Made by a program: the position numbers and the translations under genes. A model generated the notes under the pieces. That model was not told the origin of the DNA and ran no database searches. It saw only the letters and a list, made by a program, of their open reading frames with translations. A stretch of DNA of 64,000 bases from Bacteroidia bacterium (lineage in GTDB: Bacteria; Bacteroidota; Bacteroidia; UBA4408): the NCBI GenBank assembly GCA_020845635.1, contig JADLFI010000030.1, positions 54,678 to 118,677 of the forward strand, in the 5' to 3' direction. Shown in pieces: positions 43,501-55,462 of the stretch; within the stretch, counting starts at the first letter, position 1, and each line of letters begins with the position of its first letter.

Positions 43501-44350
43501 TAAAGATACCAATGAGCAGATAAAGCGATTAATTCATAATTACTCGATAAAAGCCAATGATCTTTTAGGGGTGTATAAACGTAAAAAATTTGCGTTAACC
43601 GTAGGTGATGAATTACCGGCAGGTATTGTTCAACTAGCTAAAGTTTACATAGCCAAGAAACGTAAATTAAAAGTAGGTGATAAGATGGCCGGTCGTCACG
43701 GAAACAAGGGTATCGTAGCGCGTATTGTACGTGATGAGGATATGCCTTTCCTAGATGACGGAACTCCTGTTGATATTGTTTTAAATCCTTTGGGTGTGCC
43801 TTCGCGTATGAACCTTGGGCAGATATACGAAACTGTATTAGGTTGGGCAGGTCAGAAATTAAATCAGAAATTTTTTACTCCAATATTTGATGGTGCCTCT
43901 ATGGATGATATTAATCATTACACTGATAAAGCCGGATTGCCACGCTTTGGTAGAACATATTTAACCGATGGTGGTACAGGAGAAAAATTTGACCAACCAG
44001 CAACAGTAGGTGTTATCTATATGCTAAAATTGGGTCACATGGTGGACGATAAGATGCATGCCCGTTCAATAGGTCCTTACTCATTAATTACCCAGCAACC
44101 TTTAGGCGGTAAAGCCCAATTTGGAGGTCAGCGTTTTGGGGAAATGGAGGTATGGGCTTTAGAGGCATTTGGTGCAGCTAATATTTTGCAGGAAATACTA
44201 ACCATAAAATCTGATGATGTTGTAGGACGAGCTAAAGCATACGAATCAATTGTTAAAGGAGAAAATTTACCTGTTCCGGGTATTCCTGAATCCTTTAATG
44301 TATTGTTGCATGAATTAAGAGGCTTAGGGCTTAATATTTCATTAGACTAA
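40541..44350 (+). CDS. rpoB: DNA-directed RNA polymerase subunit beta
   Basis: 1269-aa protein with all conserved RpoB regions. Confidence 0.97.
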   Translation: MTTKTKTPRINFSSIKNQIPYPDFLDIQVKSFQDFFQLETTPENRKNEGLFQVFAENFPITDARNNFVLEFLDYFIDPPRYSIEECIERGLTYSVPLKAKLKLYCTDPEHEDFETIIQDVYLGTIPYMTPKGTFVVNGAERVIVSQLHRSPGVFFGQSRHANGTKLYSARIIPFKGSWIEFATDINNVMYAYIDRKKKLPVTTLLRAIGYESDKDILGIFNLADEFKITKTGIKKALGRKLAARVLKTWVEDFVDEDTGEVVSVERNEIIIERETILENHHLDQILDANVKSIILHREDINSADYAIIYNTLQKDTSNSEKEAVEHIYRQLRNAEPPDEETARGIIDKLFFSDKRYDLGVVGRFRINKKLNLDIAEDTKVLTKEDIISIIKYLIELINSKADVDDIDHLSNRRVRTVGEQLYAQFGVGLSRMARTIRERMNVRDNEVFTPTDLINAKTLSSVINSFFGTNQLSQFMDQTNPLAEIAHKRRLSALGPGGLSRERAGFEVRDVHYTHYGRLCTIETPEGPNIGLISSLCVYAKINKLGFIETPYRKVEGGKINADEDIVYLSAEQEYEKTIAQANVDFDNQGNILTQRVKARNGGDLPIVEPSEVNLIDVAPNQIASIAASLIPFLEHDDANRALMGSNMQRQAVPLLRPEAPIVGTGLEPLVARDSRVLINAEGEGVVEYVDANEIVIRYNRTDEERLVSFDGDVKKYNLTKFRKTNQNTCINLKPIVTKGETVNKGQVLCEGYATQNGELALGRNLKVAFMPWKGYNFEDAIVISERVAREDIFTSLHIDEYVLEVRDTKRGLEELTNDIPNVSEEATRELDSNGLIRVGAEVKEGDILIGKITPKGETDPSPEEKLLRAIFGDKAGDVKDASLKAPPSLRGVVIDKKLFSRVIKDKKAKSEEKPILAKLDEEYHQEAAELKNKLIEKLFVLVNGKTSQGVQTNFKEVVIAKGTKFAQKQLAGIDYANINPGKWTTDKDTNEQIKRLIHNYSIKANDLLGVYKRKKFALTVGDELPAGIVQLAKVYIAKKRKLKVGDKMAGRHGNKGIVARIVRDEDMPFLDDGTPVDIVLNPLGVPSRMNLGQIYETVLGWAGQKLNQKFFTPIFDGASMDDINHYTDKAGLPRFGRTYLTDGGTGEKFDQPATVGVIYMLKLGHMVDDKMHARSIGPYSLITQQPLGGKAQFGGQRFGEMEVWALEAFGAANILQEILTIKSDDVVGRAKAYESIVKGENLPVPGIPESFNVLLHELRGLGLNISLD

Positions 44351-44432
44351 TCTTGTTTGAGCTACTTTGCTTATAAGCAAAGTAGCTCAAAATTATACCA
44401 ATAAATAAAAATAAATTTAACCTGAATATAAA

Positions 44433-47400
44433 ATGGCTTTTTTAAAAAGAGATTCAAAAGTTAAAAGCAACTTCTCTACCATTACTATTAGTTTAGCTTC
44501 GCCCGAAAGCATCAGCAAAAGAAGCAGTGGCGAAGTTTTAAAGCCTGAAACCATAAATTATCGTACCTACAAACCCGAAATGGGCGGTTTGTTTTGCGAG
44601 CGTATTTTTGGACCGGTAAAAGACTGGGAATGTGCTTGTGGAAAATACAAAAGAATACGCTATAAAGGTATAGTATGCGACCGTTGTGGAGTTGAAGTAA
44701 CCGAGAAAAAAGTTAGAAGAGAGCGTATGGGTCATATCAGTTTGGTTGTTCCCGTGGCTCATATTTGGTATTTCCGATCGCTTCCTAATAAAATAGGATA
44801 TTTGTTAGGATTACCAACAAAAAAACTTGATTCAATTATATACTATGAAAGATATGTAGTTATACAGCCTGGAATTAAAGCTGCTGATGATGTGAAGCCT
44901 TTAGATTTCTTATCGGAAGAAGAATATTTGAATATTTTAGAAACTTTACCGAAAGAGAATCAGTTATTAGAAGACAATGACCCCAATAAGTTTATTGCAG
45001 GAATGGGTGCAGAAGCTTTAATTGAGCTTTTAAGACGCATTAATTTAGATGAGCTTTCTTATCAATTGCGCCATAAGGCTAACAACGAAACATCACAACA
45101 AAGAAAAACCGAAGATTTAAAGAGATTGCAAGTGGTGGAGTCGTTCCGCATGAGTAACTTAAATATTGAAAACAAACCGGAATGGATGATATTAAAGGTT
45201 ATTCCGGTAATTCCACCGGAGTTGCGTCCTCTTGTTCCATTAGACGGAGGAAGATTTGCAACTTCCGACTTAAATGATTTATACAGACGCGTAATTATTC
45301 GTAACAATCGTTTAAAAAGACTTATGGAGATTAAGGCTCCTGAGGTAATTTTACGTAACGAAAAAAGGATGTTACAAGAATCAGTAGATTCATTACTAGA
45401 TAACTCACGAAAATCAAATGCCGTTAAAACAGAATCCAACCGTGCTTTAAAATCATTAAGCGATTCGTTAAAAGGAAAGCAAGGTCGTTTCCGTCAAAAC
45501 TTATTAGGTAAGCGTGTTGACTACTCGGCACGTTCGGTAATTGTGGTTGGTCCTGAAATGAAACTTCATGAGTGTGGATTGCCTAAGAATATGGCTGCAG
45601 AACTTTTCAAACCATTTATTATTCGAAAACTTATTGAAAGAGGAATAGTAAAAACAGTAAAATCTGCAAAGAAAATTGTGGATAGAAAAGATGCTGTTAT
45701 TTGGGATATTCTTGAAAATATATTGAAAGGTCATCCGGTATTATTAAACCGTGCCCCTACTCTACACCGTTTGGGTATTCAGGCATTTCAACCAAAACTA
45801 ATTGAGGGAAAAGCTATACAATTGCATCCTTTAGTTTGTACCGCATTTAATGCCGACTTTGACGGTGACCAAATGGCAGTACATGTACCTCTGGGGAATG
45901 CTGCCGTATTAGAAGCACAGATTTTAATGCTGGCTTCACATAATATATTAAATCCGGCTAATGGCGCTCCGGTAACGGTTCCGTCACAAGACATGGTTTT
46001 AGGTTTATACTACATGACCAAAGCCAGAAAGAGCGATGCAGAAAAGACTATGCTTGGTGAAGGTATAGCATTTTACTCGCCCGAAGAAGTAATTATTGCC
46101 TATAACGAGAAAAAAGTTGATTTACATTCAATAATCAAGGTTAAGGTTAATGTTTGGGAAGAAGATAAGTTGGTAAATAAATTAATAGAAACTACTGTTG
46201 GACGTGTATTATTTAATCAAGTTGTTCCTAAAGAAGTAGGCTTTATTAATGAATTATTGACTAAAAAATCATTACGTGATATTATTGGTTTGATTCTTAA
46301 AGTATCGGGTGTTGCGCAAACAGCAAAGTTTTTAGATGATATGAAAGACCTAGGCTTTAGAATGGCCTTTAAAGGTGGATTATCATTTAACTTAGGCGAT
46401 GTTATTGTTCCTGAGGATAAAGAAAAAATGATTGGAGATGCCAATATTCAGGTAGAAGAGGTAATGACCAACTATAACATGGGCTTTATTACTAATAATG
46501 AGCGCTACAACCAGATTATTGATATTTGGACACATACCAATAGTAAGCTAACCAAACGATTATTAGATCAACTTGTAAAAGACCGTCAAGGATTTAACCC
46601 GGTGTATATGATGCTTGACTCAGGGGCTCGTGGTTCTAAGGAACAAATTCGCCAGTTAAGCGGTATGAGAGGTTTGATGGCTAAGCCACAAAAATCAGGC
46701 TCAACCGGAGGCGAGATTATTGAAAATCCAATTATCTCTAATTTTAAAGAAGGGTTATCCATCTTAGAGTACTTTATTTCTACTCACGGTGCTCGTAAAG
46801 GTTTGGCTGATACCGCTTTAAAAACTGCTGATGCCGGATATTTAACAAGAAGATTAGTTGATGTTTCGCAAGATGTAATTATCAGTGATGAAGATTGTGG
46901 AACCTTAAGAGGACTTGTAGCAACTACGCTAAAGAAAAATGAAGAAATTGTTGAGAGTTTATACGAAAAAATTCTTGGACGTACTGCCGTTAATGATATC
47001 TACCACCCTAATACCGGTGAATTAATTATTAAGGGAGGAGAAGAAATAAAAGAAGATGACGCAAATTTAATTTCCTCTTCGCCTATTGAGTCTGTTGAAA
47101 TACGCTCGGTATTGACTTGCGAATTGAAGACCGGAGTTTGTGCTAAATGTTATGGTAGAAATTTGGCTACCGGACGAATGGTACAACAAGGAGAAGCGGT
47201 AGGTGTTATTGCAGCACAAAGTATAGGTGAGCCGGGTACACAGTTAACCTTACGTACATTCCACGTTGGGGGTACTGCCGGTAACATTTCTTCTGAGTCG
47301 GTTATTAAAGCTAAATACGAAGGTTTAGTTGAGTTTGAAGAAATTAGAACCATAGAAAGAAAAGAAAATAACTCTTCAAAAACTGTAGTGGTTGGCCGTT

Positions 47401-48734
47401 CGGGAGAAATCAGAGTACTTGATCCAAATACCAGAATTGTGCTTAATACTAGTCATATTCCTTATGGTGCTATTTTAAATGTGAAAGAAAATACAATAGT
47501 AAAGGCCGGTGATATTATTTGTGAATGGGATCCATATAATGCATTAATAATTTCAGAACTATCAGGAAAGATTAAATTTGATGGCCTTATTGAAGGTGTA
47601 ACCTATCGTGAAGAAAGTGATGAGCAAACCGGACATACCGAGAGAGTTGTTATTGAGTCGAGAGATAAGAGTTTAAACCCTACAATACATATTGTAAACA
47701 ACAAAAAAGAAGTACTGAAGAGTTATAACGTTCCGGTAGGAGCCCATATAATTATATCTGAAGGGGATAAAGTTGAGAGTGGACAGATAATTGTGAAAAT
47801 ACCAAGAGCATCAGGTAAATTAGGAGATATTACGGGTGGTTTACCACGTGTAACTGAGTTGTTTGAGGCCAGAAATCCAAGTAATCCTGCGGTGGTTACA
47901 GAAATAGACGGGATTGTATCGTTTGGTAAAATAAAACGAGGTAATCGTGAAGTTATAGTTGAGTCAAAAACAGGTATGGTAAAACGTTATTTAGTTCCTT
48001 TATCAAAACATATCCTTGTTCAGGAAAACGATTATGTGAAAGCCGGTATGCCATTAAGTGACGGAGCAATTACTCCTGATGATATTTTGTCAATTAAAGG
48101 GTCAACTGCTGTTCAAGAATATTTGGTAAATGAAATTCAAGAAGTATATCGTTTACAGGGTGTAAAAATTAATGATAAGCACTTTGAGGTAATTGTACGT
48201 CAAATGATGCGTAAGGTTGAAATTGTTGAGTCGGGTGATACCAGATTCTTGGAAAAACAGTTAGTCAATAAATCAGAGTTTATGGAAGAAAACGACTCGT
48301 TGTTTGGCAAGAAAGTGGTTATTGATGCTGGTGAATCTGAAACAATAAAAGCCGGTATGATAATTAGTGCACGTAAATTGAGAGATGAGAACAGTATGTT
48401 GAAGCGCAAAGACAAAAAACCGGTTGATGCCAGAGATGCTGTTCCTGCAACATCTATTCAAATACTTCAAGGAATTACACGTGCTTCGTTACAAACACAA
48501 AGCTTTATTAGTGCTGCTTCCTTCCAGGAAACAACAAAAGTGTTGAACGAAGCAGCAGTTGCCGGAAAACGCGACACTCTTGCAGGCTTGAAAGAAAATG
48601 TAATTGTTGGACATTTAATTCCTGCCGGAACCGGATTGCGTGAATATGAAAAAATCATTGTTGGTTCGCGCGAAGAGTATGAAAGTTTAATGGCAAGCAA
48701 GCGTGAGAGAATTGGAGAACATATTGATGAATAA
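44433..48734 (+). CDS. rpoC: DNA-directed RNA polymerase subunit beta'
   Basis: 1433-aa protein with Zn-finger CxxC motifs and the NADFDGD catalytic motif. Confidence 0.97.
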   Translation: MAFLKRDSKVKSNFSTITISLASPESISKRSSGEVLKPETINYRTYKPEMGGLFCERIFGPVKDWECACGKYKRIRYKGIVCDRCGVEVTEKKVRRERMGHISLVVPVAHIWYFRSLPNKIGYLLGLPTKKLDSIIYYERYVVIQPGIKAADDVKPLDFLSEEEYLNILETLPKENQLLEDNDPNKFIAGMGAEALIELLRRINLDELSYQLRHKANNETSQQRKTEDLKRLQVVESFRMSNLNIENKPEWMILKVIPVIPPELRPLVPLDGGRFATSDLNDLYRRVIIRNNRLKRLMEIKAPEVILRNEKRMLQESVDSLLDNSRKSNAVKTESNRALKSLSDSLKGKQGRFRQNLLGKRVDYSARSVIVVGPEMKLHECGLPKNMAAELFKPFIIRKLIERGIVKTVKSAKKIVDRKDAVIWDILENILKGHPVLLNRAPTLHRLGIQAFQPKLIEGKAIQLHPLVCTAFNADFDGDQMAVHVPLGNAAVLEAQILMLASHNILNPANGAPVTVPSQDMVLGLYYMTKARKSDAEKTMLGEGIAFYSPEEVIIAYNEKKVDLHSIIKVKVNVWEEDKLVNKLIETTVGRVLFNQVVPKEVGFINELLTKKSLRDIIGLILKVSGVAQTAKFLDDMKDLGFRMAFKGGLSFNLGDVIVPEDKEKMIGDANIQVEEVMTNYNMGFITNNERYNQIIDIWTHTNSKLTKRLLDQLVKDRQGFNPVYMMLDSGARGSKEQIRQLSGMRGLMAKPQKSGSTGGEIIENPIISNFKEGLSILEYFISTHGARKGLADTALKTADAGYLTRRLVDVSQDVIISDEDCGTLRGLVATTLKKNEEIVESLYEKILGRTAVNDIYHPNTGELIIKGGEEIKEDDANLISSSPIESVEIRSVLTCELKTGVCAKCYGRNLATGRMVQQGEAVGVIAAQSIGEPGTQLTLRTFHVGGTAGNISSESVIKAKYEGLVEFEEIRTIERKENNSSKTVVVGRSGEIRVLDPNTRIVLNTSHIPYGAILNVKENTIVKAGDIICEWDPYNALIISELSGKIKFDGLIEGVTYREESDEQTGHTERVVIESRDKSLNPTIHIVNNKKEVLKSYNVPVGAHIIISEGDKVESGQIIVKIPRASGKLGDITGGLPRVTELFEARNPSNPAVVTEIDGIVSFGKIKRGNREVIVESKTGMVKRYLVPLSKHILVQENDYVKAGMPLSDGAITPDDILSIKGSTAVQEYLVNEIQEVYRLQGVKINDKHFEVIVRQMMRKVEIVESGDTRFLEKQLVNKSEFMEENDSLFGKKVVIDAGESETIKAGMIISARKLRDENSMLKRKDKKPVDARDAVPATSIQILQGITRASLQTQSFISAASFQETTKVLNEAAVAGKRDTLAGLKENVIVGHLIPAGTGLREYEKIIVGSREEYESLMASKRERIGEHIDE

Positions 48735-48779
48735 TTTCTCTTTGTTGTTCGGCAATTAATTTCAATTACTATAGTTAAT

Positions 48780-48817
48780 CATGGTTATCGGTGTAAACTG
48801 ATAACCATGATTTTTTT
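48780..48817 (+). terminator. Rho-independent terminator after rpoC
   Basis: Perfect 10-bp stem CATGGTTATC...GATAACCATG followed by TTTTTTT. Confidence 0.8.
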
Positions 48818-48896
48818 AAATTAGGGGATTCCTCCTAAACAACAATATAGAACGAAAAATTTTACAGGAGAAAGAGCAATATAAAATGTGCAGTAA

Positions 48897-49370
48897 CTAA
48901 ATCAATCTCACTAGTTTTTCTAGCCATCTTTGATCGGTTTGGTCAAAGAAGTTTAACTTATCACTATCAACATCAAGAACTCCATAACAGTTATTGTTAT
49001 GATCAAAAAGAGGAACAACAATTTCTGATTTTGATAAGCTGCTGCAAGCTATATGTCCTTCAAACTTTTCAACATCCTTCACAATTAAAGTTTGTTTGGT
49101 GCTCCAAGCTTTTCCGCAAACACCCTTGCCAAAAGCAATTCTTGTACAAGCCACCGGGCCTTGAAAAACAGACAAAACAAGCTCTTTATGCTCAACCAAA
49201 TAAAAACCAACCCAAAAAAAGTGCATTCCGTATTTTAAAATGGCACACAAATTAGCCATATTAGCAATTCTGTTAGTTTCGCTACCAAGCATTGTTTCAG
49301 CTTGTTGGTATATCAATTTATAATTGTCATCTTTGTTATCAAAATCAGGAATAATAAGTGTTTCAGACAT
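48897..49370 (-). CDS. msrC: GAF-domain free methionine-(R)-sulfoxide reductase (fRMsr/YebR-like)
   Basis: Start MSETLII at 49370 preferred over the track start 49421. Cys-containing GAF domain with a motif resembling E. coli YebR (GKGVCG, GHIACSSLSKSEIVVPL). Confidence 0.7.
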   Translation of the reverse strand: MSETLIIPDFDNKDDNYKLIYQQAETMLGSETNRIANMANLCAILKYGMHFFWVGFYLVEHKELVLSVFQGPVACTRIAFGKGVCGKAWSTKQTLIVKDVEKFEGHIACSSLSKSEIVVPLFDHNNNCYGVLDVDSDKLNFFDQTDQRWLEKLVRLI

Positions 49371-49439
49371 AAGGCTCAAATAAATAACGAAAGTAATAAA
49401 ACGATTAATTATCTTTGACAAAAAATATAAACAATAAAT

Positions 49440-49778
49440 ATGACTGAATTACCTCCTTGTCCGCAATGTAAATCTGTTTACACATACGAAATGGACAGTT
49501 TATTGATATGTCCTGAATGTGGGCATGAATGGAATCATGAAACCGTAAACGAAAATAGTGATATTTTTGAAGTACGTGACAGCAACGGGAATTTGTTGCA
49601 AAATGGCGACTCGGTGGTGATTATAAAAAACCTTCCGGTAAAGGGTTCACCGCAAAGTATAAAAGCCGGAACAAAGGTAAAAAACATAAAATTAGTAAAC
49701 AGTGATCATAATATTGATTGTAAAATTGATGGTTTTGGGGCAATGGCTATTAAGTCAGAGTTTGTAAAAAAGGCTTAA
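49440..49778 (+). CDS. phnA: PhnA/YjdC zinc-ribbon protein
   Basis: Near-colinear with E. coli PhnA: CPQCKS...CPECGHEWN zinc ribbon and C-terminal [22 protein letters not shown]. Confidence 0.85.
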   Translation: MTELPPCPQCKSVYTYEMDSLLICPECGHEWNHETVNENSDIFEVRDSNGNLLQNGDSVVIIKNLPVKGSPQSIKAGTKVKNIKLVNSDHNIDCKIDGFGAMAIKSEFVKKA

Positions 49779-49875
49779 TTAATAATTGTTTTGTTGAAAA
49801 TTGCCACAAGTTTTTTCTATTTTAGGTAGCCTTGTTATTTTCCTTTTATTATTTTTGCAAAAAAATCAAAAAACT

Positions 49876-51543
49876 ATGTTTAAAAATTTACTTGCTTTCT
49901 TATTTTTCTTTTCTTTTTCTGTATTTGTTCAAGCACAAAATCGCTACATTGCAGAAAACGGGAACGACACCATCGGTAACGATTGTACTTTACCCGGTAA
50001 TCCTTGTGCTTCTATTTCGTATGCCGTAAGTCAGGCACAAGATTTTGATACCATCATGGTTTCGAGCGGGAATTATGCCTTTGCCGGCACACAATTAATC
50101 AACAAACCTGTTGTAGTTTTTGGTTACGATTCAATAAAACCTATAATCTCTGTTGTGGGACAAGATGTAATTCAGGTTTCTTCTGATAGTGTAACAATTA
50201 ACAATTTGTATATTAAAATGGGCTTAACCGGAAATAGCGGCTTAAGGGGTGTGGTGGCCAATGGCAATTATAACGGATTAACTATTGAGAATTGTGACTT
50301 TATTAGTATAAAGCCTATTGGCTTTGGGATGGTTTTTAGTGCCTACGCTATATTAGCTTATGGAGGCAATGGTCAGTCAATTAATATTATTAATAACACC
50401 ATTCAGCCTCTTGATTCAATCTACGATTCATTTGGAAGAGGTATAGGCCTAGGTCTAAATGCAGCTAATTCGTACGGCCCCGGGGCTACTGTTGATGGAA
50501 ATACGGTTAGAGCATACTATCCTATTCAAGCTATTAATAATACAAACAATGTTTTGGCCAACAATAATTTATTTACAGGTTATCTTCATGTTGTATATCC
50601 TATAGGAACTATAACTGTGAATTTTACCAATAATACTTTTGACGCTTATAATGATGCTATTGCCGAAAATTTAATAGCGCTTCTTGAGCTTCGTAGTTTT
50701 AAAACCGCTTCCGCTATTGTTGAAAACAACAACTTTATAAACTACAAAAACATAGGTTTGTTTAGTTCTGCTTCTCGTAATATACTGGTTAAAGGAAACA
50801 CTTTTACCCCTTCACCAATTGCTAATTCGTTTGCTAGCATAATGGCAAATACAAAATTAATGACTAACGGGGTTCAAACATCAAATTACAGTAATCAAAT
50901 AGAGATTAAAGGTAATACTTTTAATGCGGGTGTGGACAGTACCGGAAAAGCTATTGTATTTGGAGACCACTATGGAGCCTATACTCCAGCATTTGATACA
51001 ATTATGATAGGTGGTTTTGATGCAACAGATAAGAATATTTTTGATACTCAACTTGAATATTTTATTGCATTAGATACTTTAAGCGGTCCAAGCAACAGCC
51101 AGAGTTTTTGGGGTGGTTACTCTGTTACTAATATGGTTCCTTTTGCACAAAGCGTTTATGCTTTAGCCAATCAAAACGAATATACTTATACTGATACTAC
51201 CGAGTTAGAAAATAAAATGCTTGACTCTTTAGATTTTTCAGGAGTAGGCAAAGTTATTTTATTTGACTCATTAATTGTAGTAAAGACTCCAATAGCTGAC
51301 TTATTAAGTGTTTCTGTTTATCCTAATCCTACACAAAGCAATATAACTATAGCCAACAATCAATTTAAAGGCTTATATACTATGGATATTTATGATATTA
51401 ACGGGAAACTGGTAAAAAGAAAAAATCAAACAATTGATGGTAGTAATATAAATATTTCGGTAAGTGAATTAAGTTCAGGTAAATATTTGATTATTATGCA
51501 CAACAACAAACAAGTTTACAAAGGCAGTTTTATTAAAAACTAA
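49876..51543 (+). CDS. T9SS-secreted right-handed beta-helix (pectate-lyase-fold) protein
   Basis: Signal peptide from ATG 49876 (track ORF starts 49801). Parallel beta-helix-like repeats (NGN/GNT-rich). C-terminal T9SS sorting domain (VYPNPTQSNITI...YLIIMHN). Confidence 0.7.
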   Translation: MFKNLLAFLFFFSFSVFVQAQNRYIAENGNDTIGNDCTLPGNPCASISYAVSQAQDFDTIMVSSGNYAFAGTQLINKPVVVFGYDSIKPIISVVGQDVIQVSSDSVTINNLYIKMGLTGNSGLRGVVANGNYNGLTIENCDFISIKPIGFGMVFSAYAILAYGGNGQSINIINNTIQPLDSIYDSFGRGIGLGLNAANSYGPGATVDGNTVRAYYPIQAINNTNNVLANNNLFTGYLHVVYPIGTITVNFTNNTFDAYNDAIAENLIALLELRSFKTASAIVENNNFINYKNIGLFSSASRNILVKGNTFTPSPIANSFASIMANTKLMTNGVQTSNYSNQIEIKGNTFNAGVDSTGKAIVFGDHYGAYTPAFDTIMIGGFDATDKNIFDTQLEYFIALDTLSGPSNSQSFWGGYSVTNMVPFAQSVYALANQNEYTYTDTTELENKMLDSLDFSGVGKVILFDSLIVVKTPIADLLSVSVYPNPTQSNITIANNQFKGLYTMDIYDINGKLVKRKNQTIDGSNINISVSELSSGKYLIIMHNNKQVYKGSFIKN

Positions 51544-51582
51544 ATTATAGTTTCTAGTTCTTAAAACATATTGTTTATTCTT

Positions 51583-51625
51583 AAACAAAGAGGGGGTCAG
51601 CATTTGACCCCCTCTTTGTTTTGCT
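51583..51625. terminator. Strong bidirectional terminator
   Basis: 17-bp perfect stem AAACAAAGAGGGGGTCA / TGACCCCCTCTTTGTTT flanked by T/A tracts. Confidence 0.8.
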
Positions 51626-51712
51626 GTATATACTATATAATTGGGAGTTTCTCAGTTGTGTGACTTGTATAAATTTTATACTTTTGGTAAATTCAATTAT
51701 ATTGTCGGGTAA

Positions 51713-53824
51713 ATGAAGAGCTTTGTCTTTTTACTAATTTCCTTTGTATTTGGAAACATTTCAAATGCACAGATAATTTCTTCAGATATTAATAATCTGT
51801 TGCGTCACAAAAGTATTGAAGAACAGATAAAAATAGTTGACTCTGCTGCTGTTTCTATTCGTGATGTTAGACCTCAGGAAGCCTTAAATTTGTTGAAATA
51901 TAATTTAAGTATAGAAAAACAAAATCAGCTTCATAAAGAATTCATAAATACACTATTAATCACAAGCAGAACCTATAGAAATTTGGGTTCTTTTGATACG
52001 GCACAAAGGTATGTTGATACCGCAATGATGGTTGCAGAAAACTACCAGTTAAAAAGTGAATATGGAAGGATACATGATTTTAGGGGTTTGATATATTTAC
52101 GAGTTCCTGATTATGAAAAAGCTATTGAGAGTTTTCATAAAAGCATAAATTCATCATTAGCCTTAAAGGATTCTTTAATTCTCTATGATGCCTATAATCA
52201 CTTAGGTACGGTATATTTCTACAGGTATGAGTATAAAAAGGCATTATCCTATTATAAAAGAGCCTTAGATTATTTTTCAAAAACCATTCAGAAAAAAAGA
52301 CCACCTAGTATATATGATAATATTGGAATCTGTTATACAAACCTTAACCGGTTGGACTCGGCACTATACTTTCAAATGCTGACCTACAAAGCCTTAAACC
52401 TTAGTAAAGATTCGTTAGTTTTTGCCGAAACTTGTTTGAATATTGGCAGCACCTATATGAAGTTGAAAGACTTAGAGAAGGCTTTGCCATTTTTAGAACA
52501 AGCTAGAGCTATAAATACAAATTTAAAAATCGATTATGGACAAATAATATCAAACTTGTATTTAGGACAACTCTATATTGCCAAAAAAGATTATGATAGA
52601 GCGATTAAATATTTAATTCTTGCTAAAGAGCTTGCCTATAAGATTAACTATTTAAACCAAATTAAAGAAGTATCATTAAGTTTATCAAAAGCTTATGCAG
52701 GGAAAGGAGATTATAAAAATGCGTATAAATACAGCTCAATTTTAGCAGAAGTTTCAACCCAACTTTATCAGGAGGAGAATGTTAAAGCTTTAAATGAGCT
52801 AACTACAAAATTTGAAACACAGCAAAAACAACAACAAATATTACTACTTACCAAAGATGGTTTGCTAAAACAAGAAACCATTAAACATAACAGAATAATT
52901 TTCAGCATTACAGCCGGAGTATTACTGTTAGGTTGTTTGTTTTTCATTTATCGATTTAGAAAAAAGAAAAAAGATAATGAGATATTACATGAAAAAAATA
53001 TTGCAATAGCCCATCAAAAGCAACAAATAGAAAAACAAAAAGAAGAATTACAGCAAAAGAATACAGAGATAACCGATAGTATTAATTATGCTCGAAGAAT
53101 TCAATCATTGGTAATTCCTTCTGATCAGTATATGAAAGAAATATTACCTCATTATTTTGTATATTTTGTTCCCAAAGATATAGTAAGCGGTGATTTTTAC
53201 TGGGTTAGTAATATTAATAACCGAATATATTTTGCAGTGGTTGATTGTACGGGTCATGGGGTTCCGGGGGCTATGATGTCAATGCTGGCCTCAAGTTTGT
53301 TAGATAAAATAATTAATACGGAACAGGTAGTATATCCGGCAGATATCTTGAAAGAATTACATAAAGAAGTGGTAACAACTTTAAACGAAAACATAACGCA
53401 ACGAGATACCAAAGACGGTATGGATATAGCCTTAATTATGTATGAAGAGCAAAGTAACCGACTGTACTTTTCAGGAGCGGGTCGCCCATTGTATATTATA
53501 AACAAAGGGGAACTGCAAATCATAAAAGGAGATAAAAACTCCATTGGCGACACTCTTGATACTGAAACAGCAAGCTTTTCCCAACATGAGGTAAATATAC
53601 TGCCCGATATGTATATATATTTATTTAGCGATGGTGTTCCCGACCAGTTTGGGGGCGATAACTCAAAAAAGCTAATGGTAAAAAACCTTCAACAAATACT
53701 GCTTAATATAAGCAATAAGCCGGTACTTGAGCAGTACTGGGCATTTAAATCGGCCTTTGAAGGCTGGAAAAGAAATACCGACCAAACAGATGATGTTTGT
53801 ATGGCCGGTATAAAATTCTTATAA
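51713..53824 (+). CDS. TPR-repeat / single-TM / PP2C-type (SpoIIE-like) serine phosphatase
   Basis: Signal peptide. Multiple TPR-like repeats. TM segment IIFSITAGVLLLGCLFFIY. Coiled coil. PPM domain with DCTGHGVPGAMMS and acidic motifs. Confidence 0.8.
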   Translation: MKSFVFLLISFVFGNISNAQIISSDINNLLRHKSIEEQIKIVDSAAVSIRDVRPQEALNLLKYNLSIEKQNQLHKEFINTLLITSRTYRNLGSFDTAQRYVDTAMMVAENYQLKSEYGRIHDFRGLIYLRVPDYEKAIESFHKSINSSLALKDSLILYDAYNHLGTVYFYRYEYKKALSYYKRALDYFSKTIQKKRPPSIYDNIGICYTNLNRLDSALYFQMLTYKALNLSKDSLVFAETCLNIGSTYMKLKDLEKALPFLEQARAINTNLKIDYGQIISNLYLGQLYIAKKDYDRAIKYLILAKELAYKINYLNQIKEVSLSLSKAYAGKGDYKNAYKYSSILAEVSTQLYQEENVKALNELTTKFETQQKQQQILLLTKDGLLKQETIKHNRIIFSITAGVLLLGCLFFIYRFRKKKKDNEILHEKNIAIAHQKQQIEKQKEELQQKNTEITDSINYARRIQSLVIPSDQYMKEILPHYFVYFVPKDIVSGDFYWVSNINNRIYFAVVDCTGHGVPGAMMSMLASSLLDKIINTEQVVYPADILKELHKEVVTTLNENITQRDTKDGMDIALIMYEEQSNRLYFSGAGRPLYIINKGELQIIKGDKNSIGDTLDTETASFSQHEVNILPDMYIYLFSDGVPDQFGGDNSKKLMVKNLQQILLNISNKPVLEQYWAFKSAFEGWKRNTDQTDDVCMAGIKFL

Positions 53825-53867
53825 AGTAACTTTGTATTACAAGCGTGCTCCCACGCTGTTGTAATGA

Positions 53868-54596
53868 TTAGTTTCTTCTATCGCCAAATAGGCGCAATAG
53901 CATAAGGAAAAGATTTATAAAATCTAAGTATAAGGTAAGGGCGCCCATAATAGCCAGTTTTTTGCTTGACTCATCGCCATAGGTTGTGCCTTGTCCAATC
54001 ATTTTTAGTTTCTGAACATCATAAGCCGTAAGACCTGTAAATACGGCAACTCCTACATAACTGATGATATAATCCAAAGTGCTGCTATGCATAAAAAAGT
54101 TTATCAATGTGGCTATAATTATTCCTATTAGACCCATCATCATAATTCTTCCAAACGCAGTAAGGTCGGTTTTGGTAGTATATCCAACAACCGCCATAGT
54201 ACCAAACATAGCTGCCGTAATAACAAAAGTTTTAAAAATAGAACTTAGTGTATATACCAACAAAATAAAACTTAAACTAACCCCAACAATTGCAGAATAA
54301 GTCAAGAATAAGATAAGTAATGTGGAATAAGAAAACTTATTAAAACCGAATGACATTAGTAAAACAAAACCTATTGGCGACAACATAACCACCCATCCTA
54401 GTAAGGACATTTTACCTTCTTCACTTACCAACATTCCAATCAAACTTGAGTCGCTGGCAAACCACCAAGCTGTAACCGATGTAATAATTAGCGCTAAAAA
54501 CATCCAGGAAAAAACTCCTGTCATAAATGATTGTACGTTAGTTTTGGATTGCGAGTATCCGTTATTACCCAAAATATTAAATTGATTGTTTTCCAT
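53868..54596 (-). CDS. Bax inhibitor-1/YccA family membrane protein
   Basis: Seven TM helices with a BI-1-like layout. Confidence 0.8.
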   Translation of the reverse strand: MENNQFNILGNNGYSQSKTNVQSFMTGVFSWMFLALIITSVTAWWFASDSSLIGMLVSEEGKMSLLGWVVMLSPIGFVLLMSFGFNKFSYSTLLILFLTYSAIVGVSLSFILLVYTLSSIFKTFVITAAMFGTMAVVGYTTKTDLTAFGRIMMMGLIGIIIATLINFFMHSSTLDYIISYVGVAVFTGLTAYDVQKLKMIGQGTTYGDESSKKLAIMGALTLYLDFINLFLMLLRLFGDRRN

Positions 54597-54693
54597 AATT
54601 ATTATAGTATAATTCGCTACAAAGATAAGCGAATTAATAAAAAAACCATTAAGATATTATGATAGAATTGGTAAAAAAGTAAAAAGGGAAAAT

Positions 54694-55413
54694 CTATTTA
54701 CAAAACTGCGACATTACCGAGTCGCTAGTTTTATATCCGTATTTACGGGCTTTATAATAGTCTTCACAAGCTCCTTCTTTGTCATTTAATTTAACTTTTG
54801 CCTGTGCTCTTAAAATAAATGCTTTTTCATTTTTTTTGTCATTCTGAAGAGCTAAATCACAGTCCTTAATTACACCTTGATAGTCTTGTAAATGAAACTT
54901 ACACTCTCCTCTGCTATAAAACACTTCTGAATCACTCGGTCTGAATTTTAAAATACGAGTAAAATAGTTTGCTGCTGTTCTGTAGGTTTGTTGCTTATAC
55001 TTAATTTTTGCTAAATACTCCCATGCTTCTTCTGCATCGCTGCTATTAGGATTTATTTGAGTAACCTTTAAAAAATCTTTTTCTGCGGCATCGTAATTTT
55101 TCATATTTACATAAGTTTTCGCTCGTTCAACAAAAGCAAAAACATCACTAGAGTCAAGCTCGCAAGCTATCGTAAAATCAGCAACTGCTCCTTTAAAATC
55201 ATCTATAGCGTCTTTGGCTATTCCTCTATAAATATAGGCCTCTGAAAGTTTAGATTCTAACTCAATTGCATAAGTAAATTGTTCAATGGCGGCTTTATAA
55301 TGTTTTTTTCGATAGTGCTTAATCCCACTCTCTGTGTATTGTTCAGCGCTTTGTTGTGCAACTGTTATCGTTGAAAATGCTATTAGAAACAAGAAAGTAA
55401 AAGATTTTTTCAT
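54694..55413 (-). CDS. TPR-repeat lipoprotein
   Basis: Signal peptide. Repeated TPR-like helices (AxxxY/F...A). Confidence 0.7.
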   Translation of the reverse strand: MKKSFTFLFLIAFSTITVAQQSAEQYTESGIKHYRKKHYKAAIEQFTYAIELESKLSEAYIYRGIAKDAIDDFKGAVADFTIACELDSSDVFAFVERAKTYVNMKNYDAAEKDFLKVTQINPNSSDAEEAWEYLAKIKYKQQTYRTAANYFTRILKFRPSDSEVFYSRGECKFHLQDYQGVIKDCDLALQNDKKNEKAFILRAQAKVKLNDKEGACEDYYKARKYGYKTSDSVMSQFCK

Positions 55414-55462
55414 AGCCTTATTTTTGATTAGTTAACCAAATTAACAAAATTTGATTTAAATT

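Noticed and set aside
41113-48700. Numerous 60-170-aa antisense ORFs inside rpoB and rpoC (also inside tuf, proS, gcvP, gmd, the giant adhesin and others)
   Set aside because: They are embedded antisense to strongly conserved genes. Their composition is biased and they are not independent genes.
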